From contig NC_086119.1 in NCBI RefSeq assembly GCF_963921235.1, forward strand, positions 43,896,001 through 43,960,000: a DNA stretch of 64,000 bases, in the 5' to 3' direction. The translations under genes and the position numbers were made by a program. Shown piece by piece: positions 1 through 12,459 of the stretch (the stretch's first letter is position 1; every line of letters begins with the position of its first letter). The notes beneath the pieces are model-generated. The model was given only the letters and a program-made list of their open reading frames with translations. It was not told where the DNA came from and made no database searches. The DNA is from Mobula hypostoma (Eukaryota).

Positions 1-417
1 AGGCAAATAGAACTAAGTCAGATAGGCAAATTACTCTATGACAACGTCCAATACAAGACTGAGGAACAACAACTTATCTTCTGCCTGGATATTCTGCACT
101 CTTTAGGAAATTTTCCAGCTTCTCTTTGTTAGTACGGCCAGGCCGCTTAGACATGTACTACAGCTCTGCTGTTAGCAACACGCGTAAAGCAGAATTGGTT
201 TCCAGCTGCCACATTATCCCATTTGGTCGCACCTCATCACAGATATTCCTTTGTCCCACCCATCCACCTTTGGTGCAACTGAACAGTCATTTGCTTTCTT
301 GCTTTTCCAATTCAGCGAAAGCGTTTTGGACCTGAGAATCTTTCCACAGATGCTGCCTGACTGTCTACATCATTTTTCAATTATGTTTTATATCACATGT
401 ACATGTACATGTACATG

Positions 418-2894
418 TTCAATCTACATGTAGACTGGGTGAACCAAATTGGTAAAGGTGCTGAGGAAGAGGATTTCTTGGAATGTATGCGGGATGGTTT
501 TTTGAACCAACATGTCGAGGAACCGACTAGAGAGCAGGCTATTCTGGACTGGGTTTTGAGCAATGAGGAAGGGTTAATTAGCGATCTTGTCGTGAGAGGC
601 CCCTTGGGTAAGAGTGACCATAATATGGTGGAATTCTTCATTAACATGGAGAGTGACGTAGTTAATTCAGAAACAAAGGTTCTGAACTTAAAGAGGGGTA
701 ACTTTGAAGGTATGAGACATGAATTAGCTAAGATAGACTGGCAAATGACACTTCAAGGATTGACGGTGGATATGCAATGGCAGGCATTTAAAGGTTGCAT
801 GGATGAACTACAACAATTGTTCATCCCAGTTTGGCAAAAGAATAAATCAAGGAAGGTAGTGCACCCATGGCTGACAAGAGAAATTAGGGATAGTATCAAT
901 TCCAAAGAAGTAGCATACAAATTAGCCAGAGAAAGTGGCTCACCTGAGGACTGGGAGAAATTCAGAGTTCAGCAGAGGAGGACAAAGGGCTTAATTAGGA
1001 AGGGGAAAAAAGATTATGAGAGAAAACTGGCAGAGAACATAAAAACGGACTGTAAAAGCTTTTATAGATATGTAAAAAGGAAAAGACTGATAAAGACAAA
1101 TGTAGGTCCCCTGCAAACAGAAACAGGTGAATTGATTATGGGGAGCAAGGACATGGCAGACCAATTGAATAATTACTTTGGTTCTGTCTTCACTAAGGAG
1201 GACATAAATAATCTTCCAGAAATAGTAAGGGACAGAGGGTCCAGTGAGATGGAGGAACTGAGCGAAATACATGTTAGTAGGGAAGTGGTGTTAGGTAAAT
1301 TGAAGGGATTGAAGGCAGATAAATCCCCAGGGCCAGATGGTCTGCATCCCAGAGTGCTTAAGGAAGTGGCCCAAGAAATAGTGGATGCATTAGTGATAAT
1401 TTTTCAAAACTCGTTAGATTCTGGACTAGTTCCTGAGGATTGGAGGGTGGCTAATGTAACCCCACTTTTTAAAAAAGGAGGGAGAGAGAAACCGGGGAAT
1501 TATAGGCCGGTTAGCCTAACGTCGGTGGTGGGGAAACTGCTGGAGTCAGTTATCAAGGATGTGATAACAGCACATTTGGAAAGCGGTGAAATGATCGGAC
1601 AAAGTCAGCATGGATTTGTGAAAGGAAAATCATGTCTGACGAATCTCATAGAATTTTTTGAGGATGTAACTAGTAGAGTGGATAGGGGAGAACCAGTGGA
1701 TGTGGTATATTTGGATTTTCAAAAGGCTTTTGACAAGGTCCCACACAGGAGATTAGTGTGCAAACTTAAAGCACATGGTATTGGGGGTAAGGTATTGGTG
1801 TGGGTGGAGAATTGGTTAGCAGACAGGAAGCAAAGAGTGGGAATAAACGGGACCTTTTCAGAATGGCAGGCGGTGACTAGTGGGGTACCGCAAGGCTCAG
1901 TGCTGGGACCCCAGTTGTTTACAATATATATTAATGACTTGGATGAGGGAATTAAATGCAGCATCTCCAAGTTTGCGGATGACACGAAGCTGGGTGGCAG
2001 TGTTAGCAGTGAGGAGGATGCTAAGAGGATGCAGGGTGACTTGGATAGGTTGGGTGAGTGGGCAAACTCATGGCAGATGCAATTTAATGTGGATAAATGT
2101 GAAGTTATCCACTTTGGTGGCAAAAATAGGAAAACAGATTATTATCTGAATGGTGGCCGATTAGGAAAAGGGGAGGTGCAACGAGACCTGGGTGTCATTA
2201 TACACCAGTCATTGAAAGTGGGCATGCAGGTACAGCAGGCGGTGAAAAAGGCGAACGGTATGCTGGCATTTATAGCGAGAGGATTCGAGTACAGGAGCAG
2301 GGAGGTACTACTGCAGTTGTACAAGGCCTTGGTGAGACCACACCTGGAGTATTGTGTGCAGTTTTGGTCCCCTAATCTGAGGAAAGACATCCTTGCCATA
2401 GAGGGAGTAAAAGAAGGTTCACCAGATTGATTCCTGGGATGGCAGGTCTTTCATATGAAGAAAGACTGGATGAACTGGGCTTGTACTCGTTGGAATTTAG
2501 AAGATTGAGGGGGGATCTGATTGAAACGTATAAGATCCTAAAGGGATTGGACAGGCTAGATGCGGGAAGATTGTTCCCGATGTTGGGGAGGTCTAGAACG
2601 AGGGGTCACAGTTTGAGGATAGAGGGGAAGCCTTTTAGGACCGAGGTTAGGAAAAACTTCTTCACACAGAGAGTGGTGAATCTGTGGAATTCTCTGCCAC
2701 AGCAAACTGTTGAGGCCAGTTCATTAGCTATGTTTAAAAGGAAGTTAGATATGGCCCTTGTGGCTACAGGGGTCACGGGGTATGGAGGGAAGGCTGGGTT
2801 CTGAGTTGGATGATCAGCCATGATCATAATAAATGGCGGTGCAGGCTCGAAGGGCCGAATGGCCTACTCCTGCACCTATTTTCTATGTTTCTAT
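418..2894 (+). mobile_element. CR1-clade LINE (HER1-like), 5'-truncated, near-intact ORF2 (end of APE endonuclease plus reverse transcriptase), in NSUN5 intron 4
   Basis: ORFs 397-2430 and 2427-2804 show SDH, KSPGPDG, YLDFQKAFDKV, SGVPQGSVLGP, FADD and LEYCVQFWSP motifs; one frameshift near 2409; CR1-type 3' end with ttctatgtttctat tail. Confidence 0.95.
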
Positions 2895-3145
2895 ATTGTA
2901 TATGACAAAAATCAGGGCTATCAGTAAACCACACTTACCACATCAACTTAAGTGAGAGCATCAATCAACCAAAGAGAACAGTGATTAAACGACAGCATCC
3001 GGTTGGTAAGTGTGAATAGCAATGCTAATTTCTCTACCTTCCCTTCGACAGCCCAGAGGCTTAGGGACAATGGACCAGACTGGTCTTGTATAACCACTTC
3101 TGAAATTAATTTGTGCTGGCTATTGAAGAAAAAGATCAAACCTAC

Positions 3146-3254
3146 TCAGTTGCCTGCCCGAGATAAGCATAATCCTCGCGTTTGAAGTAGTCAATTACAT
3201 CCTCCACGTTGGTTTTCAGCAAATTCACTCGGACGTAACGAGGCAGTTGACAAT
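3146..3254 (-). CDS. NSUN5: NSUN5 coding exon 4 (109 nt), (D)CQLPRYVRVNLLKTNVEDVIDYFKREDYAYLGQAT
   Basis: Matches the NSUN5 LPRFVRVN region; cccag acceptor, gtagg donor, phase compatible with exon 3. Confidence 0.92.
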
Positions 3255-3455
3255 CTGGGAAGAGAGGCAAGGCTAGGGATATCACAGCAGCCAATGCTAA
3301 CAAAAACCATGCAGCGGAGACGTGACGAGGAAGGAAGTAGGTACAGGCGTTTCTACAAACTGCTGGTAAAACCACAGATTAAATGTGATTTATCCAGCCA
3401 TCTCAAGGAAGCAAAACCATAACCACTGGCAATCTGATTTGTCCTTGAACTCAAT

Positions 3456-3534
3456 CAGGGGTTCGCAACCTGGGCTCCTTGGATCCCTTGCTTAATGGTA
3501 TTAGTCCACAACATAAAAAAGATTGGGAAGGCTG
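3456..3534. mobile_element. Degenerate ~80-bp hAT-type MITE, same family as 60867-60946 in opposite orientation
   Basis: caggggttcgcaacc start, gattgggaaggctg end, internal similarity to the reverse complement of the 60867 copy. Confidence 0.55.
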
Positions 3535-4955
3535 CTTTAGATGCTAACATAGGTAACACATGTGATTAAATATAATGGCGTATGTTCAGAGTGTGATGAC
3601 CACAGAACTAACAATGCTACCAACATCCACATAGATATTCTGATTCCTAAACTTTGCTGAGTTAGCCTCCCAGCTACACACACAGATATGTAAGATAGAG
3701 TAACAGAGCTAGAAATAATTAGCCAAAAGTTCTAGCTCTAATTACACTGCTCTGTACAAATTTACTTCTGGTTGGTAGGATGCTTCTGACTTGCTGGAAA
3801 CCATATGAAACTGAATCAGACTTCAAGATCTTCATCTCATTTTGAACCCAAGTTGTTCTTTGGACTTCACTTCCAAAATTTCACTCTTTAGCTTAAGTCC
3901 ACTCTGCCTCGATACATCTGCTGCTATAATCTCCCGACGCAACTATTCCAGCACGCTCACTTTATTCTCAGTGAACATCACCTCAGCTCTGCTTTCTCCA
4001 ACTTAACCGACACCGTGGCCTTACCCCATTCTCACAGGCCTTGCGGCAAACACCCTTTTAGTTACGTTGTTTACCTCCAATTTCCTCCTGCCCTCTATTC
4101 AGGCATCTCAGGTCTTCCAAACCCAACCCAGCCACTGGCAGCCATGCCTTCAGCTGGCAAGCATCTAACTTCTGCAATGTCCCCCCCCCCACCTTCCTTT
4201 CCTTCTCTGACCTTCCCTTCAGGCCCACTACCTTCACCAACCTTCGATTTTTTGTCTCAGCAGAACCTTATCAGCTCAGCAAATTTTTGAACCTCTTGTA
4301 TGGTGCCCTGAAAATGTTTGCTAGATGAAAAATACTATATAAAGGTTGCAGCAAGGAGGGGAATTGAACAGGTTAGGCTCAGAGAAAGTAATGGTAAGGG
4401 GCCAATGTTTTCACAATGAAAACTAGCCAAAGCTGTAAGAGGCCTTAACTCAAGAATTACAGATCTTAGGAGCTCTTACCTCTGCTTTGGTGTTTTGGAG
4501 CATTTCAATCAGACCAGCTAATTAAGAGTCAGTAAGTTAAGGATTTGAGCTAATTTTTTTTGGCACTGGGAATAAAATTATCACAGGGAATGTGAAGCAT
4601 TTTCTTTGACATAAACACTGCCTGCCTATTGTTGTTAACATTAGCAATTTCATGGCACCATTTAAAGAACTTTTCTCAATATCATGGCTAACAATTCAAA
4701 ATCAGAATCAGGTTTATTATCACCGGCATGTGATGTGAAATTTGTCAACTTAGCAGCAGCAGTTCAATGCAATCAACTTTCCTTCAATCAACACATCTAA
4801 TCTGTTAGTCAGTTAAACTGCAGCTGAGTACATGTAGCTAATGTTTCTAGTTAAAGAATACACTTTATAAAATTGATAGGTAAAGATTCTATGAATAATC
4901 TGGAAATACAGTAACAAAGAATAAGTGCACTCCACTGTGTCAGAAGGACCCATAC

Positions 4956-5127
4956 CTTTTGCATCAGAAGGTTTTGATTCAATGAGGTCCTCATCGCGGT
5001 AAACTTTTCTTTTTACCTTTAATCTGGCCAGTGCTGATTTTAGCTGCGAACGATGTTTCATAATCAATACCTTCCAGCTCCCGCCACACTTCAGACCCTT
5101 CCCAAAGAGGAGATCATACACAAGCAC
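4956..5127 (-). CDS. NSUN5: NSUN5 coding exon 3 (172 nt), VLVYDLLFGKGLKCGGSWK...LIESKPSDAK
   Basis: Similar to NSUN5 VLVYELLLGKG...LARLKV; attag acceptor, gtatgg donor. Confidence 0.93.
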
Positions 5128-5559
5128 CTAATGTTTAAAAAAGTCAAAGTGATTGTTCTGAGGTAGCTAATTGTGCAGATTTCACATGAACAGTCTCTAG
5201 ATTCCAAACACTTGCATATTTTAGTTTTAGAATCAAATCTCATGAACATCAATATCCAATCTGACAAACCCCCTCTTCCAATTCCTTTCCTTTTGGCTAC
5301 TGATGCAAGCACTAATACAGTTCAAGTTCTCTTGCCCCCTGTGACATCCATCTAGTATTAACAACTAATCACGTTCCCTTAAGAACACTGGAGTTTGATT
5401 CTAAACCTACATCATAAATCTGTCAGATACTAGCGAATATGCAAGCTGCACACAATATCCTACAGCCACTTAAGTCATCAGGAGAATCACTTGCCCCTCC
5501 TTGAACTCATGGGCTCACTGCCCTTCTGATTCCCTGCTCTCTCTCCGTTCCATTCCCAT

Positions 5560-5865
5560 TCTATTCACTCCCATCCTATTACTTCCCTGTTCCATTGCCT
5601 GTACACTTGCCACTCCAGAGAAAATAACCCATGGTTGTCCAACATCTCTTTATAGCTCATACCCTCCAAAACCCTTACAAACATCCTGTAAGGGGGTGAC
5701 CAGAATTGCACACGATACTCCAAGTGCATCCTAACCACAGATGCAAAATGTGACTTCCTTACAATATCCAAACCAATGAAGGCTAGCACGTTATACACCT
5801 TCTTTATCAGTCTATATAGTTGCGTGGCCACTTGCAGGGAGCTATGAACTTGGATCCGAAGAACA
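5560..5865 (-). mobile_element. Degraded CR1 LINE fragment
   Basis: Translation contains HLEYRVQFWSP and GLFSLE. Confidence 0.75.
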
Positions 5866-6215
5866 TACACAAAGTGCAGGAGGAACTCTGCAGGTCAGGC
5901 CGCATCTACGGAAGTCGGTGTTTCGGACCAAGACCCTCCTTCGGGGCTGAGAAGGAAGGGTGGGGGGGAGGGGGAGTGCCAAAATAAAAAGGTGGGTTGA
6001 GGGGAAGAGGCTAACTGGAAGGTGGTAGGTGGAGCCAGGTGGGTGGGAAAGGTCAAGGACTGGAGAAGATGGAATCTGATAGGAGATGAATCTGAATGGA
6101 CCAAAGGAGAAAGGGATAGAGGAGAGGACCCGGTTGGGGGGGGGGGGAGTAATAGGCAGGTGAGAAGAGGCAAAAGGTCAGAGTGGGAATAGAGGAAGAT
6201 GGGATAGGAAAGGAG
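5866..6215 (-). mobile_element. Penelope-derived non-autonomous fragment with a degenerate hammerhead motif (~5913-5949)
   Basis: Family end acacaaagtgcaggaggaactc...gcatct followed by the purine-rich tail shared with other copies. Confidence 0.7.
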
Positions 6216-6317
6216 AAATCCCAAGAACCCTCTGTAGAACAATCTGTAAAATAATAGAAGATCCATGGAGAAGATATCGTCAAAATTCTGATCTACTACT
6301 CACATAAATAGTCATAC

Positions 6318-6440
6318 CTTAGCAATATTGATCTGCAGTTTTTTCTCCTTCTTCAACAGGTCTGTCATGCTAATGATCTCCTCCAGCACAGGGGTGTATC
6401 TCAGTGTTTCACACACCAGCGCATACAGCTGTTTAATATT
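6318..6440 (-). CDS. NSUN5: NSUN5 coding exon 2 (123 nt), NIKQLYALVCETLRYTPVLEEIISMTDLLKKEKKLQINIAK
   Basis: Manual translation matches NSUN5 NVKQLYALVCETQRY; tttcag acceptor, gtatga donor, phase 0/0. Confidence 0.95.
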
Positions 6441-7984
6441 CTGAAAGGCAAAAACCATTAATGTGGCACTTTCTGTACAAACATTCCCACTTATTCATAC
6501 TTTATCTTGTCAGGTTTGCTTACTCAGCCTCTTTACGAGGCGCTGCATCCAGCCCAGTATCGCTGTGGGCATGGACACCAGCTACACGGAAACACATTTT
6601 GTGCTTTGTGAGAATGGTAAACATATCTTCAGAGCTCAAAACTAGGAATTCAATTATTATAGTTCTTGGATAAGGATTAAACTTAAGAAATAAGTTCTTG
6701 GGATAAACCAAGAAATTAGACACCTGACAGTATAGCTGGGAAGGTGATCCTAAGGTTACAATCATCCCATGTATCCAAGACTATGGAGGGAAAGACTTGA
6801 AAGATTTCAAGGCAGGTTAATGACCCTAGTCTTGTTTACAAACCTCTATCAAGCACTCTAAGCCATCTTTTTAAAGGAGTTTTCACAGGATATCAAGTCA
6901 AGTCAAGTCACTTTTTATTGTCATTTCAACCATAACTGCTGGTATAGAACATAGTAAAAATGAGAACGTTTTCCATGACCATGGTGCTACATGAAACAAT
7001 ACAAAAACTACACTGAACTACATAAGAAAAAAACACAAGAACTACACTCAACTACAGACCTATCCGGGACTGCATAAAGTGCACAAAACAGTGCAGGTAC
7101 TACAATAAATAATAATAGATAATAAACAAGACAATAAGCAAAGTAGAGGGTATAGTAGGTTGGTGTCAGTCCAGGCTCTGGGTATTGAGGAGTCTGATGG
7201 CTTGGGGGAAGAAACTGTTACATAGCCTGGTCGTCAGAGCCCGAATGCTTCAGTGCCTTTTTCCAGATGGCAGGAGGATGTTCACCATTTCTATCTACAT
7301 CACCATATGCTCTTTCGAGATGCTTTCGCTAGTTCCCTTCCATATGAAGCAAATAAAAGCCTGACAATTAATCTTTCACATTACTATCTGAAGCTCATAC
7401 ACCTCTCAAGGACAATACACTTCCTGTAAACTGTCCACCCATCAAGTTATGGTTCTCTTATACTGAGAGAATACCAACTTGAAATGGATCCTCAACAAGA
7501 ACTTCCAATCTAACAATAACCATTGTCGTGTATGTTATCTTGACACATTCTTCCTGACTCTTTAACCTGCTTTATTACTAAGCATGCAGTTTCTCTTATA
7601 GCTCAGGAGTAAACATGCCAATGGTGAAGAAGACTACGAGTTGAGTTTCATTGCAGATTCGTGCAATATTTAAGCAATCTTTGCTGCCTAAGGTAGCATC
7701 TTTTGGGAGATATTTTAAACCAAGGGCACATCTGTCCTTCAGCAAATAACACCACTTCCAAATAGTCCAAATGTCCCAATCTATATTTATTACTCAGCCA
7801 GGATCACAATATAAACCTCTGGTTATTACTACATTACTGCCTCCAGTCTTTTAAATATCCAGACAATGCTGTGTTTTCTAAACTTCCAGAGCAATTCTTC
7901 TGTAGTCTTTTGGGATAATTCAAAGTAACAAAAATGTTCTATAAGATGTCACAAAAATATGATTAAGATTGTAGTTTTACATAA

Positions 7985-8600
7985 CATAAAAGTGCTGAAT
8001 AACTGAGTAACAAGTATTTAAATGATATTCTGAACAAATTACAGTACAGCTATAAAACTATTTGTTACTAATAGTTATCAGAGGAATTCCATGTACGCTG
8101 CAGTGCTCTTTTGATTGTGTTAATTTACAGTCAATCAGCACACACACTCAGGTTCGCCTTCATATAACTGCATCCTGCAAATTGTAATTTTCATTGTAAT
8201 AATCAAGATGATTGCCAAATCTTCAAACTTTTCATAGTTCCTAACTTGCAGAAGTAGTGCAATCATTTCATTTTCATTCCGGCTGTTTCTGGCATCTGAA
8301 TGGTTGATACCATGGTGAGCAAAACAGTTCTGAATTGTCATACTGCTTAATTCTCACCAACAATCAGTGACAAAAGTCAGTGTTTTAAAAAAAACATAAA
8401 TATATGCAACTAACGCTATTTAAACCCTGTTCGCTCTAAGCTCGGTGTAGTGTCCACACAAGTGCACTCAACATTCGCTAGTTAGAAACTGTTTGGCAAC
8501 AGTCTCTTGTCCCAGGCAAGCAGCAAAGTGTCCCAAATAAAGTTTTTTTCTATAAGAGTTGTCTCAAATAAGCAGCTACCCGATTAACCAGAATCACGTG
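7985..8600 (-). mobile_element. Tigger/pogo-like non-autonomous DNA transposon remnant
   Basis: TIQNCFAH motif; end cgattaaccagaatc is the reverse complement of the terminus at 28432; homologous to 28432-29000. Confidence 0.65.
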
Positions 8601-9371
8601 TGCGCGCTTGTGTATAAAAATGGGAAATATTCAGCAAGTGAAGCAGCACCTGTGGAAATATAAATTGTTTCTTATTTCACAAAATGGAGACATAAGAAAC
8701 TGCAGGTGTCAGAGTCGGGAAGAACACAAAACACTGGAGGAACTCAATGGGTCAGGCATTATCTATGGAAAGAAACAGACAGTTAATATTGTAGGTCAAT
8801 CTGCTTCATGCGGACCGAAAAGGTAGAGTGGAGACAGCGGGGATAAAGTGTGATGGAAAGAGATGGAGCAAAAGCAATGTGGATCCAGGTGGAGGAGGGT
8901 TGATTGGCGACTGGAGGAGGGGAAAGTGGGGATAGTGACAGAAACTGGGAGGTGACAAAGGGCTGTGGATGGTGGAATCTGATTGGAGAGGAAGGTGAAG
9001 CATAGGATCAAGCGGGAACTTTCCACAGATGCTGCCTGTTGAGTATTCCCACTATTTTCAGTTTTTATTTCACATACAACAGTAGAAAGTAAGAACAGGT
9101 CCTTCAGCTCGTGATGTTGTACTAAATTAAACTGGCAATTAATTAGTAACTAGTATTTAGTTACTAGTAAGGTAGTAATTAATTGCATAACCAAACAGAA
9201 CTTGGTGCTCTGCCCATCATTTATTCCTTAACTAAACAAACTAATTATCCACATCTACATTACAATTGGCCCTGGCAGGCTACCTCACCGACTGGCCAAA
9301 TACCTCCCCCCCCCGACACACTCCCCAATGCCCAATCCCCCTTCAACATGTCCACCATTATACACAAGTGT

Positions 9372-9705
9372 CCCTCCCTCATCTCATGCCCACTGTGACA
9401 CCTACACCCTCCCTCACCTCATGCCCAGAGACACCTGTACCCTTCCTCACCTCATGCCCACTGTGAGACACCTACACCCTCCCTCACCTCATGCCCACTG
9501 TGACATCTACACCCTCCCTCACCTCATGCCCAGAGACACCTGTACCCTCCCTCACCTCATGCCCACTGTGAGACCTACATCCTCCCTCACCTCATGCTCA
9601 CTGAGACACCTGTACCCTCCCTCACCTCATGCCCCTGTGAGACTTACACCCTCTCTCACCTGATGCCCACTGTGAGACACCAGCCTCCCCTTCCCTCATG
9701 CCCGC
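9372..9705. repeat. Minisatellite, ~38-42 bp unit (cctcacctcatgcccactgtgagacacctacaccctc), about 8 copies, NSUN5 intron 1
   Basis: Tandem repetition seen directly. Confidence 0.92.
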
Positions 9706-9759
9706 TGTCAGGCAGCTGCCTCCCTCACCCCCGATACTATACACCGTGGCTCATCTTAC

Positions 9760-9852
9760 CTCATACCCACTGTTATACACCAGGGATTTGACAGAGCCAC
9801 GCTGCTCCCCGGCCTGCTGCAAGACAGCGGCCGCCTTCCCATACAGCGCCAT
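9760..9852 (-). CDS. NSUN5: NSUN5 coding exon 1 (93 nt), MALYGKAAAVLQQAGEQRGSVKSLVYNSGYE; rRNA m5C methyltransferase
   Basis: Matches the NSUN5 N-terminus MGLYAAAAGVL...GSIKGLVY; gtaag donor; lies in CpG-rich sequence. Confidence 0.93.
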
Positions 9853-10020
9853 GGATCCAATCCACGTGGTCCCGCCGCACGACACAGCCTGGGGGTCACT
9901 TTACGACGGGTCGGTTTACGGCCCTGCTTCCCGCCCCTCCCGCTCCATGGTAACAGAGGTGACGTCACCAGCCTGAGCGGGGTCATTCCTGTCGCCGGCA
10001 GTCGCCGCGTTGGTGTCCGT
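9853..10020 (-). promoter_or_regulatory. CpG-rich NSUN5 promoter/5'UTR with a full CRE (TGACGTCA 9960-9967), GC box (9931-9937) and RFX-like CCATGGTAAC (9945-9954)
   Basis: High local CpG density directly upstream of the ATG; motifs read directly, function inferred. Confidence 0.7.
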
Positions 10021-10026
10021 TCTTTT

Positions 10027-10345
10027 CAGAAGCTGGTTTAATATCACCGGGAATATGTCGTGAATTTGTTAACTTAGCAACGTAGTTCAATGCAAAGTAT
10101 GATAAAATATAGAAAAATAAATGAATGAATAACTGTAAGTATATGTACATAAAATAAATTTAAAATAGTAGTGAGGCAGTGTTTATGGGTCAGGAATGTG
10201 ATGGCGGAGGGGAAGAAGCTGTTCCTGAATCACTGAGTGTGGGCCTTCAGGCTTCTGTACCTCCCGCCTGATGGTAGCAATGAGAAGAGGGCATACCCTG
10301 GGTGATGGGGGTCCGTAATGATGGGCCCGCCGCCTTCCCTGCAGG
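10027..10345 (-). mobile_element. Rex-Babar/L2-like LINE 3' end
   Basis: DPHHPGYALFSLLPSGGRYRSLKAHT motif; same 3'UTR as copies near 10955 and 34701. Confidence 0.8.
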
Positions 10346-10457
10346 TGCTTTGGATACTACGGAAATAGAAATACTGTACAGTACTTCGTTCCCTCCTACT
10401 GTTTCTAAAACATATTGCCTGTATCTGGGCATTGTGATTGACGCTTGAGTTCAGAAT

Positions 10458-10936
10458 CATAGAAACATAGAAAATAGGTGCAGGAGTAGGCCATTCGGCC
10501 CTTCGAGCCTGCACCGCCATTTATTATGATCATGGCTGATCATCCAACTCAGAACCCCGCCCCAGCCTTCCCTCCATACCCCCTGACCCCCGTAGCCACA
10601 AGGGCCATATCTAACTCCCTCTTAAATATAGCCAATGAACTGGTCTCAACAGTTTCCTGTGGCAGAGAATTCCACAGATTCACCACTCTCTGTGTGAAGA
10701 AGTTTTTCCTAATCTCGGTCCTAAAAGGCTTCCCCTTTATCCTCAAACTGTGACCCCTCATTGTGGACTTCCCCAACATCGGGAACAATCTTCCTGCATC
10801 TAGCCTGTCCAATCCCTTTAGGATTTTATACGTTTCAATCAGATCCCCCCTCAATCTTATAAATTCTGACGAGTACAAGCCCAATTCATCCAGGCTTTCT
10901 TCATATGAAAGTCCCGCCATCCCAGGAATCAATCTG
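10458..10936 (-). mobile_element. Young 5'-truncated CR1 copy, highly similar to 2422-2894
   Basis: Translations nearly identical (LIPGMAGLSYEE...GYGGKAG); catagaaacatagaaa tail. Confidence 0.93.
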
Positions 10937-10954
10937 GCACAGGTGTGACCAGGT

Positions 10955-11770
10955 GTAGTATCACTGGCGTTTGTCGTGAAATTTGTTGTTTTGCAGCAAC
11001 AGTACATTGCAATAAATAATAACTAAGTTGCAATATATACAGTGAGAAAAATTAAGTTAAATTAGTACAAAAAGAGATGGAAAAACATAGTGTTCATGGG
11101 TTCATTGTTTATTCAGAAATCTACTGGTGGAGAGAAAGAGAGCTGCTCCTGATATGTTGAGTGTGTGCCTTCAGGCTCCTGAACCCTGATGGTAGTAATG
11201 AGAAAAGGGCATTTCCTGGGTGATGGGGTCCTTAATGATGGATGCCACCTTTTTGAGGCATCACCTTTAGAAGGTGTCTTCAGTGCTGGGGAGGCTAGTG
11301 CCCATGATGGAGCTGGCTGAGTTTACAATTTTCTGCAGCTTTTTCTGATCCTGTGCAGTGGCCCCTCCGTACTAGATGGTGATGCAATCAATTAGAATAT
11401 TCTCCATGGTATATCTGTAGAAATTTGTGGGAGTCTTTGGCGACATAACAAGTCTTCTCAAACTCCTCATGAAATATAGATGCTGGTCATGCCTTCTTTG
11501 GCCGGCTGGTAGCGTAGTGGCATCAGCACCGGACTTCAGAGCGAAGACTCCAGAGTTCAAATCCAGGCAGCTCCCTTGCGCGCTTTCTATCTGTGCTGGG
11601 TTGAGCGTTGAGCTAGCAACTTGGCCTCATAAAAACAAGAAAGAATGCTTTAAAAAAACGCTGTCACGACGGCGTCCCAATGACTCCGCTCAGAGTTAAG
11701 GGCTTTCTTCTTCTTCTTCTTCATGCCTTCTTTGTAATTGCATCAATGTCAGGGACCCAAGATAGATCTA
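10955..11770 (-). mobile_element. Rex-Babar/L2-like LINE fragment interrupted by a SINE
   Basis: QHLYFMRSLRR...NFYRYTMENIL..CITI translation. Confidence 0.8.
11501..11720 (+). mobile_element. tRNA-derived SINE with (CTT)n tail and a perfect 14-bp TSD
   Basis: A box tagcgtagtgg, B box gttcaaatcc; TSD tcatgccttctttg at 11487-11500 and 11721-11734; related copy at ~31491-31690. Confidence 0.85.
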
Positions 11771-12459
11771 GACCCGAACAGGTATAGAAGATTCATCCTC
11801 ATGAAAGATGTTCTCATTGTCAGCCTCTGAGACAGAGATCATAGGTCACCAGATGCTGCAGAGATTCATACAGGTATAGTTTTACTGTCCCTTTCAAAGC
11901 CTGCGTAAAAGGTGTTGAGCTCATCTGGGAGTGAAGCATCACAGCCATTAATAACACTAGGTTTCACTTTGTAGGAAGTAATGGCCTGCGAACCCTGCCA
12001 GAGCTGATGTGCATTCATTCCATCTCAAAATTCAATTGGAATTGTTTCTCACTCTGCCTTCCACTGGATGTCCATGAAGCAATGCAGTTTCAGCAGAAAA
12101 CAGATTCTGGAATTCTGAACTAAAGACACAAAATGCCAGAAATGCTCATCAGATCAGGCAGCAGCTCATCTGAGGAATTCTAAGGTGTTAGATGAGAAGT
12201 TCTGATTGTGTGTTCTTTTGTATCTCCTTACCTGATCTTTCCTCCATCATTCTCCACTGACATTCCCCAATCCAACTTCCCTTCCCGTCCCTCAAACTCT
12301 TTCCACCCCTGCCCCTCCCCTTATCTCCCTTCCATCCAGAATTATCCCTCTGAGGTCCACAATCCTGTTTCCTTGTAACCTATTCCTTTCCCTGCATTGA
12401 GCTCTTGTCACCACCTCTTCCCCTCACTTTAATCTTCCTCCTCTCACTAGACCAATATT

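Noticed and set aside
397-417. MYMYMYM start of the 677-aa ORF as a real initiation site
   Set aside because: It comes from the (ACATGT)n junction repeat; the ORF is a 5'-truncated CR1 ORF2
3146-9852. NSUN5 as a truncated pseudogene
   Set aside because: The four exons are intact, in phase and have canonical splice sites; the missing exons would lie beyond the left edge of the window
11501-11575. tRNA gene
   Set aside because: A and B boxes are present, but there is no clean cloverleaf, and a body, tail and TSD follow, so it is a SINE head
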